Origin: Acidobacteriota bacterium
GTDB lineage: Bacteria; Acidobacteriota; Polarisedimenticolia; J045
Assembly (NCBI GenBank): GCA_046331425.1
Contig: JAXLQU010000031.1
Coordinates: 1 to 45,229 of the forward strand
Direction: 5' to 3'
Length of the DNA stretch: 45,229 nucleotides
Part shown: piece after piece, positions 1 through 8,932 of the stretch
Layout of the letters: each line of letters starts with the position of its first letter
Position numbering within the stretch: position 1 is the stretch's first letter
The notes under the pieces: generated by a model
What the model saw: the letters and a program-made list of their open reading frames with translations, nothing else
What the model was told of the DNA's origin: nothing
The model's database searches: none
Translations under genes and position numbers: made by a program

Positions 1-848
1 TGACAACGACTGCCATTGAACTCGCATCGCAAGATGTCGTCGCGAAGGTCCTCGCAAAGGCCGGCGAGCTTCCAGTTCTTCCCCAGACCGCGATCAAAGT
101 AATGCACGAGCTGCGAACCCCAGGAATCACCGTCCCTCGTTTGATTCGCCTGGTAGAACTCGACCCGGCGATGACTGTGGCTGTGCTGCGGACTGCAAAC
201 TCCGCGTTCTACGGCGCACAAGCACAACTACGCGATCTCAAAGGGGCGATCAACAGTATCGGCATGAAGCAAACACGTAACTTGCTGTATGCGCTGGTAC
301 TCAAGGCTCAGGTTGCGGATGCCGAGGCCTACGGAAATCTCGGTGTCGAAGTATTCGAGCACTCCCTGGCGGTGGCGTTCGGTACCCGACTCGTAGCCGA
401 TACGGCGGGGGTCGACGTGGAAGATGCGTTCTTGTGCGGCATCCTGCACGACATCGGGAAGCTGGCGTTGGCGCAGGCGCTTCGTCTCGATAGCGAGGGC
501 CAGCGCCGTGAACTCGAAGCCCCCGACCTATCGCTGATCGCGGATCATCACGCCGAGACCGGCGCGCTGCTTGCGACGAAATGGGGCCTTCCGGCCGATG
601 TTGCGAATGTCATTCGCTACCACCACACGTTCGAGTCAGCCGATGCCCCGCAGCCCACGACAGCGTGCGTGGCGTTGGCCAACGCCCTGTGCAACGAGTT
701 GGGACTCGGTGGACCGGCCGTCGTACGCGGCACCTTTGAAACCGCCTCGGCCGCTTTTGTCTTGAAGTTGAATGCCGAGCAGCTCGGAGCCATCCGGACC
801 AAGTTGCCCGCAGTGGTTCAACCGGCGACGGCCGCTTTCCGCGGTTGA
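1..848 (+). CDS. HDOD domain protein (signal-transduction HD-related output domain), 5' partial
   Basis: ORF 102..848. The reading frame stays open back to base 3, with LPVLPQTAIKVM just upstream. That matches the start of HDOD domains. Motifs seen: DPAMTVAVLRTANSAFYG and HDIGKLAL. The stop is at 846-848. Confidence 0.55.
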   Translation, partial: TTTAIELASQDVVAKVLAKAGELPVLPQTAIKVMHELRTPGITVPRLIRLVELDPAMTVAVLRTANSAFYGAQAQLRDLKGAINSIGMKQTRNLLYALVLKAQVADAEAYGNLGVEVFEHSLAVAFGTRLVADTAGVDVEDAFLCGILHDIGKLALAQALRLDSEGQRRELEAPDLSLIADHHAETGALLATKWGLPADVANVIRYHHTFESADAPQPTTACVALANALCNELGLGGPAVVRGTFETASAAFVLKLNAEQLGAIRTKLPAVVQPATAAFRG

Positions 849-949
849 GCCGATCAGGTCCGAATTCAGTGCCCTGAGTCCGTGTGTCGCTGACCACATC
901 GAACGATCGAAGCCAGAATCTGATCCGTCGGCGGCGGCGATCGTCAGCT

Positions 950-3900
950 TCAAGGGCAGGCCGCTGGCGACGCTGCAATCAACGGATCGCGCGACGCGAC
1001 GAGTCCAGGGCTGCCATCGTCGTAGGTGCCTCGGCCGCCACAGTTTTGTGGGCGAACCAGATACCAACGTGCGTCGCCGGGAGGCGGGCCCTCGTCTTTG
1101 TCGTTGAAGGTGTTGGTTCCGAGATCGTTGCGCAGGCAGTCGCTGATCGAAGCGACGTAACTGCCGCCGGTCGAGATGAGCGTTGCCGTGGAGCCGCGCA
1201 GGAGATCGTAGTAGCTGGTAGCGCCACGATCTTCCCAATCCAAAATCACACCGCGTCCACTGCGCACCGCTTGCATTTGGGAAAGCCGCGCCGGAATCAC
1301 CGCGTTGTCGACGATCCCGTCACAGTCATCATCGGCGCCGTTGCATAGTTCGGGGATTGGCGTGCCCGGCGTGCACTGCTCCTGCAGTTGCGCATTGACG
1401 CACACGATCGAACCCAATCGGCCGCATTGCCCCACGCCGCACTGAGTCAATTGAGGCTCGAAGTCCTCATCGACTGGACCATCGCAATCGTCGTCCAAGC
1501 CGTTGCACAGCGCGTCGGTTGGCCCGTTCGGAGCGTAGGGTGTGCAGGTGGCGTTCTCGACACCGCCCGAGCACGAGGTGGTGATGGTTCGTGTGCAGAC
1601 GCCAAGCCCGCATGAGACCGGGTGCGCCGCGTACTCTTCGTCGGTCGGCCCATCGCAGTCGTCGTCGAGTCCGTTGCACAGCGTGTCGGTCGCCGAGCTT
1701 GGCGCGCCAGGCACACACGAATCGCCGGCGACCCCGCTAGCGCACGAGGTTTGCCCCGTAGAGGCACACACGCCGAGGCCGCAGTTGGTGGGAGTGACCG
1801 CAAACTCCTCATCGACAGGCCCGTCGCAATCATCGTCGATTGCATTGCAGAGGCTATCGGAACTCAAGGGCGTTCCGGGATTGCATGTGTTTTGAGGGGA
1901 GCCGTTGACGCAACCGAGGAAACCGGTTCGTGCGCAACCACCCACACCACAACTGGTGCTGCCGCCGCTGAAGTCCTCATCGACACTCCCGTCACAATCG
2001 TCGTCGACCGAATCGCAGGTGACATCGTTGAGCGCCAAAGGTGGGAGCGGCGCGCAGGTGTTGCCGGGCACACCACCGATGCAAGTCGTGGTTCCGCTCG
2101 ACAGGCACGGCCCGGTGCCGCAGCTTGTGGATTGCGCCACGAAGTTCTCGTCGACCGACCCGTCCTGATCGTTGTCGAAGCCGTCGCAGGAGTCGAACGG
2201 TTTGAGCAGCGCGTTGGTATCGTCGGCGTCGCCATCGCATTCGGTGAAACCGTCGCCATCGGCGTCGTTGCGTGCCGACGAGGCGAGGTACGGCAGATAC
2301 GCAACATTGGCGCTGACGCTCGTGCCGGTGCCGGGGCCGGCTCCCGAGGGCCCGGATGCCGCCCCCCACCAAGAGCGCGTCACGGGCAGCGAATCGGTGG
2401 TGTCGTTGCGCACACCTAGCGTGCTCGAAACGATATCGGTGAGTGTGATGTTCGCACCGCCCACATAGTCGGTTTGGATCCCGAGGTATGCACCGTCGAT
2501 GCTCGAGCACGACAGCGTGGTATCGACCGGTGCTCCGTTGTCGGTCGGTAGGTGCTGCAGCCGCAGCCCCGTACCGCTGCGATCGAACATCGTGAAGTTC
2601 GAGCGCTCGATCTTGGTGCGCGCACTGTCTGCCGCTTCACACGAATGACTGCCGGTGACGCGGACCGCCTCGTACACACCCTGATTGCCGATTTCGGGGT
2701 TGTCGTGAATCCACGTATCGTTGGAAGCCTCGATCCACAGATTGATCGCGGTCGTCTCGGGCCATTCGTTGCTGGGAACGCCGTGAATGGCGTTGTTGGC
2801 GATCTCGGTGTTTCTGGCGTACTTCAGCTTGATCGACCGCGTGATGTGATACGTGAACGAGTCGAAGATCTTGTTGCGATCGGCGTAGGCGCCGGCGCCG
2901 CCTTCACAACTGCGGAGTCCACCGTCGATGAGGATCCCCTCGCGCGAGCGATGCCCGCAGCGATCCTCGTTGTCGCCGTCTCGGATCATCCCGTCGAGGT
3001 AGATATTGCGAAGAGTATTGTCGTCGCAATCGCCGAGTAGGCGAATATCGGTGGTGCCGTTCTCGCGCAGGTCGATGGTGTCGAACAGAGAGTTCTTCAC
3101 GTTCTGCAGATCGAGCCCGATCTCTGTGTCTTGGTGGCCGCCGAAACAGGCCGGCGTGCCCATCCCGCCACCGTGGATCGTGAGGTACTTCACGTAGATG
3201 CCGCTGACGCCCACAATCTGCAGTCCCGGCTTGCGCGGCTCGTTGTATTGCGTGCCGTCGATCACGCTTTGATTGCAGTGATCGCACCACAGGTACTGGA
3301 TCCGCCCCGGCACACCCTCCAGATCGACCTGCCGATTCAAAACAACGCGCCCCTGAATCTCTCCCTTGCCGATCAGCACCAACCCGCCGGTGGGTGCCGC
3401 GTTGATCGCCGGTTGCAGCGTGTCGTAGCAGGCCGCGCCGGCAGCGCGCGACCAACCGGTCACCTTTGGTGCGCGGGCCAAGATCGGCTCGAGCGATCGC
3501 GGGATGAAGTTGGTCACGTCGCTCGGCCCTGTGGCGCTGTTACCGGTCCCACCGACACTCGGCGGCCCGCTCGCTGCACCCCACCAGTTGTGTTTAAGGT
3601 TGGCGGTTACGGAGTCTTGATTGACCGTCCCCTGCGCATTGCCAAGAAACAGATTCTCGTTGATCGTCGCGCCGGTTGCGGAGCCGGCGCGAATCAACAG
3701 CGCGGTGTTGGTTTGTTGCGCGAAACGGTTCTGCAGGACGTCAAGGTTGGTGACCGTGCCGCGAATTTCGAGGCCGCTCTCGTTGGAGGCCATCTGATTG
3801 CAAACGAACGATCCTCCGGTGACGCCGTCCAGCAATACGGAGAGGCCGTCGTTGGGAGCCGCAGAACCGTTGTTCCCGGTGAAGTAGTTTCCTTCCACGA

Positions 3901-4672
3901 ACAGGTCTCGCCCCTGCCGGATGTCGAGTGCCGCGCGACTGGTCGCCAGTGCCCCGACACCGTTGCCGCTGATCGTGTTGCCGGCAATCTCGAGCGTGTT
4001 GTTTGAGCCGGGCGCTTGCTTGAGGGCTGGACCATCGTTGTTGCGCATCGTGTTCTGGCGCAACTGGACGCGGCCCGATCCACCGAGCAACAAAACACCG
4101 GTGCCGCTGTCGGGTGTCGAATCGGAGTCGTTGAGTTCGATCGTGTTGCCGCTGATGCGATTCCAATCACCCACCGTTCCAATCGAATCGATCAACACGC
4201 CATAGCGGCAGTTGCGCATCGTCGAGTTGGTGATTTGAGCACTGCGTACTCCAGGGTGCGCCGGATCTCCGATGCGAACGCAGGCGCCACTGGCCGGCCC
4301 GTCGACCGTGAACCCATTGAGCTGGACCCCGGTCGCCAGCAAGCGGACGATGTCGCTCGTTCCCGTCCCGCGCAGCAATGTCAGCGAGTTGGTGCCCGAG
4401 CTGTCGATGAACACCCGTTTGTCGGCAATCACATCTTCGAAGTACGACCCTTCACCGACCGCGATCGTGTCGTTAGTACAGGCGACCGCGATGGCGTGAT
4501 TGATACTCTTGCACGGCGTGGCGGTTGAAAGACAGTTGTTCGCCGGATTCGTATCGCCGGTGATCGCTACGCGTCGTGTCCCACATTGGGCAATCGCGGG
4601 CGTTGAAACTCCGGCCAACACGATCAGCAGTGCAACGCAGATCAGCAACCAGCCTCGATACGATCGGTTCAT
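950..4672 (-). CDS. Secreted right-handed parallel beta-helix (pectate-lyase/NosD-like) repeat protein with six C-terminal Cys/Asp-rich Myxo_disulf/MopE-like metal-binding repeats
   Basis: 1278-aa ORF 950..4786. Internal Met39 (MNRSYRGWLLICVALLIVLAGVSTPAIA) gives a clean Sec signal peptide. The N-terminal two thirds have repeated NTISGNG / FTGNNG / IEGN beta-helix turns. The C-terminal third has 6 copies of CNGxDDDCDGxVDE(E/D)F...CGxGxC...G...C.PxxP. Confidence 0.75.
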   Translation of the reverse strand: MNRSYRGWLLICVALLIVLAGVSTPAIAQCGTRRVAITGDTNPANNCLSTATPCKSINHAIAVACTNDTIAVGEGSYFEDVIADKRVFIDSSGTNSLTLLRGTGTSDIVRLLATGVQLNGFTVDGPASGACVRIGDPAHPGVRSAQITNSTMRNCRYGVLIDSIGTVGDWNRISGNTIELNDSDSTPDSGTGVLLLGGSGRVQLRQNTMRNNDGPALKQAPGSNNTLEIAGNTISGNGVGALATSRAALDIRQGRDLFVEGNYFTGNNGSAAPNDGLSVLLDGVTGGSFVCNQMASNESGLEIRGTVTNLDVLQNRFAQQTNTALLIRAGSATGATINENLFLGNAQGTVNQDSVTANLKHNWWGAASGPPSVGGTGNSATGPSDVTNFIPRSLEPILARAPKVTGWSRAAGAACYDTLQPAINAAPTGGLVLIGKGEIQGRVVLNRQVDLEGVPGRIQYLWCDHCNQSVIDGTQYNEPRKPGLQIVGVSGIYVKYLTIHGGGMGTPACFGGHQDTEIGLDLQNVKNSLFDTIDLRENGTTDIRLLGDCDDNTLRNIYLDGMIRDGDNEDRCGHRSREGILIDGGLRSCEGGAGAYADRNKIFDSFTYHITRSIKLKYARNTEIANNAIHGVPSNEWPETTAINLWIEASNDTWIHDNPEIGNQGVYEAVRVTGSHSCEAADSARTKIERSNFTMFDRSGTGLRLQHLPTDNGAPVDTTLSCSSIDGAYLGIQTDYVGGANITLTDIVSSTLGVRNDTTDSLPVTRSWWGAASGPSGAGPGTGTSVSANVAYLPYLASSARNDADGDGFTECDGDADDTNALLKPFDSCDGFDNDQDGSVDENFVAQSTSCGTGPCLSSGTTTCIGGVPGNTCAPLPPLALNDVTCDSVDDDCDGSVDEDFSGGSTSCGVGGCARTGFLGCVNGSPQNTCNPGTPLSSDSLCNAIDDDCDGPVDEEFAVTPTNCGLGVCASTGQTSCASGVAGDSCVPGAPSSATDTLCNGLDDDCDGPTDEEYAAHPVSCGLGVCTRTITTSCSGGVENATCTPYAPNGPTDALCNGLDDDCDGPVDEDFEPQLTQCGVGQCGRLGSIVCVNAQLQEQCTPGTPIPELCNGADDDCDGIVDNAVIPARLSQMQAVRSGRGVILDWEDRGATSYYDLLRGSTATLISTGGSYVASISDCLRNDLGTNTFNDKDEGPPPGDARWYLVRPQNCGGRGTYDDGSPGLVASRDPLIAASPAACP
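1250..2300 (-). repeat. Tandem in-frame coding repeats (about 50-aa Cys-rich modules, 6 copies) inside the beta-helix protein gene
   Basis: The peptide unit LCNGLDDDCDGPVDE[ED]F...CG.G.C...G...C is repeated 6 times at protein residues ~860-1180. That maps to roughly 1250-2300 on the plus strand. Boundaries are approximate. Confidence 0.55.
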
Positions 4673-4920
4673 CGGCCGTCCCACCCTTCCGCGTCGCCAG
4701 GCAATTCCAATGGCGTCGATTCGTTTGCTATGTGCAGGGTCTTTACAAACCCGACTCTGCCGGGGCACCCCGTACCTAGCAACCACGGAATCTACGCCGA
4801 TCCACAGCAGCCGGGCGGCAACAATGTTCCTATTCGGGGAACCCCTGTCGGCAGGCCAGAGCGGTCGGTGGGGGCGGGCCCAGGCCGCGCGGACGATAGC
4901 GCACCGAACTTGCCGCGGTC

Positions 4921-5310
4921 CTACCTCTTGGTGAGGTGCTTCCCGAGGAACTCGCGCATCCTCCGCGCGATGGTGGTCCCTTCCTCTTCCAGTGCGAAGT
5001 GCCCCGTGTCGAGCAGGTAGAACACCAGCGTCTCGAGGTCACGCTGGTACGGTTCCGCGCCGGCAGCCGGGAAGATCTTGTCGTTCTTACCCCACACGAT
5101 CAGCGTCGGTGGTTGATGTTTGCGGAAGTATTCCTGCCAACTCGGGTACAAAGGTGGATTGCTCCGGTAGCTGATGAACGGATCGAGTTGAATATCTTTG
5201 TTCCAGTCACGGTCGAGCAGGTAATGGTCCTCCATGTAGCCATCGGGGCTGATCGACTCTGCGTCCTTCACACCATGCGTGTATTGCCAGTTTGTCGCTT
5301 CCAAGGTCAA
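4921..5310 (-). pseudogene. alpha/beta-hydrolase fold protein, C-terminal fragment only (N-terminal nucleophile-elbow half missing)
   Basis: The 129-aa ORF matches only the C-terminal third of alpha/beta hydrolases ([12 protein letters not shown]...DTGHFALEE with the catalytic His). No GxSxG region is present. Upstream in frame is the antisense of the next gene. Confidence 0.5.
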
Positions 5311-6100
5311 CTGCGCTGCCGTGCCGCGCGAGTTGTTCGAGAGCGAGTTCTTCGGTCACGTCAAGGGCTCGTTCACCAGCGCCTTGCGCACTCGTGTCGG
5401 CCGTTTCGAGTTGGCGCACGGCGGGATGTTGTTGCTCGACGAGGTCGGCGAGATTCCGCAGGAGTTGCAGGCTAAGTTGCTTCGCGTGCTGCAAGAGGGT
5501 GAGTTCGAACGCGTGGGCGAAGAGCGCACGCGCAAGGTCGATGTCCGCGTGCTGGCGGCAACCCATCGCGATCTACGCCGCGACGCCGACGCCGGCCGTT
5601 TTCGAGCCGATCTTTACTACCGCCTGAGCGCGTTTCCAATCGAGGTTCCTCCGCTGCGCGAACGTCCCGAAGATGTACCGATTCTGGCCGAAGCGATTCT
5701 TGCCGCAGCGGCGCGTCGACTGGGTCGCAAGGCGCCGCGATTGACGCGTGCGGTGATGCAGCGATTGCAGGGTGACGCGTGGCCGGGGAATGTGCGCGAA
5801 CTTCAGCACGTGATCGAGCGTGCAGTGTTGACCTCGACAGGAGCGGCACTGGAAGTCGAAACGCTCGACGCGACACCCGCGCGAACGAGCGGTCAGCCGG
5901 TGACATCGTCCAAACGTCCAGTGCGCACCGCCGCCGAGTTACGTCAGATGGAAATCGACAACGTGAGGGCTGCGCTCTCGGCCGCAGATGGAAAGGTCTA
6001 CGGCAAGGGGGGTGCGGCCGAGTTGCTGGGGATGCGGCCGACCACACTCGCATCGCGCATGAAGGCGTTGGGATTGGACACGCGCAGCCTGCGGCGCTGA
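5279..6100 (+). pseudogene. sigma54-dependent transcriptional activator (NtrC family), N-terminally truncated (no receiver domain, no Walker A)
   Basis: The ORF starts inside the AAA+ sigma54 domain at ...[23 protein letters not shown] (the NCAA / ESELFGH region). It retains the GAFTGA-like loop (GSFTSA), LLLDEVGE (Walker B), [26 protein letters not shown] and a C-terminal Fis-type HTH. GESGTGKE and the receiver are absent. It overlaps the truncated hydrolase by 32 bp. Confidence 0.6.
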
Positions 6101-6358
6101 GTCGGGCCGAGCTTCCGTGCGCGCACCGCGCCCCGGCGCTGACTAGATCGGAAATCGGGGAGCGCGCGGCGGAAGCGTTCGCGCGTACTCGTCGATGCGG
6201 GCGTGCCATTCGCTCGTCCTGATCACGTCGCGAGTCGATTCACCTAGCAGCGGCAAGATCGGCTCGGCCCGGAGTGCACTTGTCCATCGATGGTCCGGCT
6301 AGGCCCAGGTCTCGACCGCTGCCATAATCACGAGCCCACGACGGAGGTGCGACTCAGC

Positions 6359-7816
6359 ATGAGCAATGACCAGCGCGAGCGCCCAATCGCGAAGACACGC
6401 GAAGAATACGAAGCGATTCTGCAGAACGCACACCGTTACTACTGCGCGTTTCCACCTTTCCAGGACTGGCCTCCACTCTCGTCGAGGCAGGTCGACGTCT
6501 GGAACGACGCGGTCGCGAGCGCCGAAGCGGCGAAAGAAAACGCGCCACAAGCAGCTCACCTGCTTGTCGCCGAGGCACTATTCAGAATCGCTTCCGCTCA
6601 TTCAGACGCCATCGAAGCGCTCTCCGACAACGACAGGGGGCTTACTCTGAGCGCCGTACTCGAGGAAGTGGCATTGCAGGCAATCGCGTCGGAGAAGGGC
6701 GAGCCCGTTGGAGACCCAATCGACGCTCAGCGCAACGCGTTCGAACTGACGCTCGACATGGCCACTCGCGCAACCGGGATTAGCGAGGTGCTTGTGCGAC
6801 GACTGCATAAAGAGGTCTGCGGGCCTCAGCGCGGATATGTGGTACACACGGCGGCCGGACCTCGAGAACAGGAGTTCCCCAAGGGCCGGTACAAGACCTC
6901 ACCTAACTACCCGTGGAAGCAAAACGGTGAAGTGGTCGTTTACGCGCCACCCGACAAGACCGCGCAGGAGATGGAGCGATTGATCTCGGAGCTCCGTAGC
7001 ACCGATTTCTGCAGTGCGCATCCAATCGCCCAGGCAGCGTACGCGCACTACGCGACCGTCGCGGTGCACCCGTTTGCTGATGGAAACGGGAGGATCGCCA
7101 GATTGCTCGCGTCGATCTTCCTACTTAGGGCGACCCCCACTCCGTTTCTGATTTGGAGCGATCAGAAGAGTTTGTACCTTGACTCACTTGCAGCCGCCGA
7201 CAGTGGTGATGTAAGCGCATTCCAGAGGTTCGTCTTCGATTGCACTGTCAACGCGCTGCATGAGTTCTCGTTCCGACTTCGCGCGGCATCCCGGGGCGAA
7301 TCGATGCAGACGGCAACGGGGCGAGTCAACAGCCTCTTGACGGGTGTCGCCGGACTATCTCACGCAGACACTCAGGCGATCGGGGAGCGTGTCTTCGAGT
7401 TCGCCATTGCGGCGCTCGAAGCGACTCGAGCCAAAGCGAAGTTCATCGCGGGCGTGAGCTGGGAAAGCAATGACCTAACGGGTGTTAGTAGACACCTCGA
7501 CGGCTACAGGACCCTAAACCCCCGAACCAACGATGCATGGGAGCTGCGAATCCGGTGCACACAACCCGTCTCCGTCTGTCAGACAACGACTCTGCTTGCG
7601 TACGTAAGAAGTGGCGTAGGAAGTCCCTTTGACTTTGTCGTCAGCCCGGCGCGTGCTGACACTCTCGAACTCCGCGCCCGCATCACCGAGGTCTATCCAG
7701 CGATCACAGAGGCATTCGAGAGTCGAACCCGGATTTGGGCTGAACACACGATCTCGAGAATCGTGAGTGACTTTGGCAGCGAACTAGAGGCTGAAATGAA
7801 GCGGGCTGGATACTGA
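6359..7816 (+). CDS. Fic/DOC family protein (Fido domain, HPFx[DE]GNGR motif) with long N- and C-terminal extensions
   Basis: The motif HPFADGNGRIARLLASIFLL is an exact Fic core. Start chosen at Met24 (MSNDQRERP), which is preceded by GGAGGTG about 9 nt upstream. The ORF track begins at 6290. Confidence 0.8.
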   Translation: MSNDQRERPIAKTREEYEAILQNAHRYYCAFPPFQDWPPLSSRQVDVWNDAVASAEAAKENAPQAAHLLVAEALFRIASAHSDAIEALSDNDRGLTLSAVLEEVALQAIASEKGEPVGDPIDAQRNAFELTLDMATRATGISEVLVRRLHKEVCGPQRGYVVHTAAGPREQEFPKGRYKTSPNYPWKQNGEVVVYAPPDKTAQEMERLISELRSTDFCSAHPIAQAAYAHYATVAVHPFADGNGRIARLLASIFLLRATPTPFLIWSDQKSLYLDSLAAADSGDVSAFQRFVFDCTVNALHEFSFRLRAASRGESMQTATGRVNSLLTGVAGLSHADTQAIGERVFEFAIAALEATRAKAKFIAGVSWESNDLTGVSRHLDGYRTLNPRTNDAWELRIRCTQPVSVCQTTTLLAYVRSGVGSPFDFVVSPARADTLELRARITEVYPAITEAFESRTRIWAEHTISRIVSDFGSELEAEMKRAGY

Positions 7817-8015
7817 CGGGACCGGATGACCTGCCCCGCTCAACAAACCGACTCCTGACAACTAGCGCAACCACAGGCGTCGACTTCGGCGCTAGTGCAA
7901 GAGATCGCCAAGCATTTTGCACCAAGCGGACGCGCCCAGTTCTCGCGATTGCTAGGCACGAGAGCCAACACGTCGACGCTCCGGCAGCGCGCCTGTACAC
8001 GAGATCGTTGAAGAC

Positions 8016-8033
8016 GTAGCTACCGGTAGCTAC
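8016..8033. promoter_or_regulatory. 18-bp perfect palindrome GTAGCTACCGGTAGCTAC immediately upstream of the antitoxin start; putative autoregulatory operator
   Basis: Read directly: gtagctaccggtagctac is self-complementary and abuts the ATG at 8035/8044. TA operators typically overlap the promoter/start in this way. Coordinates are +/-1. Confidence 0.45.
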
Positions 8034-8043
8034 TATGCCGTGC

Positions 8044-8352
8044 ATGACGGAGATCAGGACAGTCGGCATCAAAGATCTCAAGAACAACCTCAGTGCCTAC
8101 CTGCGTGACGTGCGGAGAGGCGTGCGAATCCTCGTCTCTGACCGCGCCAGCGTGATGGCGGAAATCCACGAACCGGGCGTCGCGTACAGCGCGACGGGTG
8201 ACACACATCCCCTGCTCGAGGGCTGGGTCCGCTCCGGAGCCGTGACCTTGCCCACGCGCCCGAGAAGCCCTCTTCCTGATTCACCCGTCCAGTTGGCCGA
8301 GGGCACGGCGCAACGTCTACTCGACGCCGATCGAGGCGAAGGCCGCACGTGA
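8044..8352 (+). CDS. Type II antitoxin, Phd/YefM (prevent-host-death) family
   Basis: N-terminus TVGIKDLKNNLSAYLRDVRRGVRILVSDRASVMAEI is a typical Phd/YefM fold signature. The stop overlaps the downstream PIN gene start (GTGA). Confidence 0.6.
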   Translation: MTEIRTVGIKDLKNNLSAYLRDVRRGVRILVSDRASVMAEIHEPGVAYSATGDTHPLLEGWVRSGAVTLPTRPRSPLPDSPVQLAEGTAQRLLDADRGEGRT

Positions 8353-8761
8353 CAGCGCTCTGCGTCGAAACCTCGGCACTCCTTGCGTGGCTACTGGGCC
8401 AGCGAGGCTCTGCCGAGGCGAGGGCGGCGATCGACGGCGCAGAGTCCGTCGTCACCTCCACTCTGACTCTGTTGGAGATTGATCAGGCGTTGGCGTGAGG
8501 ACTCGCGGGGGCGAGCTACGTGAAGGCGACGTACATCGCCTGCGCGGACACGTCGCCCGCCAGCGAGCGACATGGATCGTGATGACGATCACCGAGGATG
8601 TGCTGAGTCGCGCCGCACGCGGATTCCCGATCGAGCCGGTGCGAACGCTGGATGCTCTCCACCTGGCGACCGCGCTCGCCTTTACTGCCGTGTTTCCCGA
8701 TCTCGAGATTTTGAGTCTCGACCGCCGCATTACGGACAACGCGCGCGCCTTGGGGTTGTAG
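8349..8761 (+). pseudogene. VapC-like PIN-domain toxin, disrupted (in-frame TGA at ~8487-8489, remainder continues in the +2 frame)
   Basis: Frame 0 from GTG 8349 reads VTALCVETSALLAWLLGQ...TLTLLEIDQALA* (PIN N-terminal half). ORF 8495..8761 in another frame reads ...ITEDVLSRAARGFPIEPVRTLDALHLATALAFTAVFPDLEILSLDRRITDNARALGL (PIN C-terminal half). Together this is a frameshift, or possibly a sequencing error. Confidence 0.6.
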
Positions 8762-8932
8762 CGCGATACATCGAGTACGCCGCGCGCTGACATCCAGCGG
8801 CAACACGCGCCTCAGCTCGACAGCGACAGGAAGAGATTCACCCGATGGACTCCGGAGGCTGATGCTGCGGGCATCGAGCGTGCGACGCATCGCGCTCCGC
8901 CCGCTGCCGGCAACCATCCGGCTCGAGCAACG

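Noticed and set aside
950-1100. MYXO-CTERM / sortase-type sorting signal at the C-termini of the two giant proteins
   Set aside because: No C-terminal hydrophobic helix plus basic tail is present. Both proteins end ...ACP after a soluble-looking domain. This is reported instead as a possible novel shared module.
1250-2300. Possible CRISPR-like periodic repeats
   Set aside because: The periodicity comes from in-frame protein repeats (Cys-rich modules) within one CDS. No short direct repeats with unique spacers and no cas genes are present anywhere in the window.
1622-4006. Long plus-strand ORFs (1622..2419, 2552..3040, 3131..4006, 4016..4528) opposite the beta-helix protein gene
   Set aside because: They are antisense to a strongly supported CDS. 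Their Arg/Ala/Gly-rich low-complexity translations are typical of spurious ORFs in high-GC DNA, and they have no motifs.
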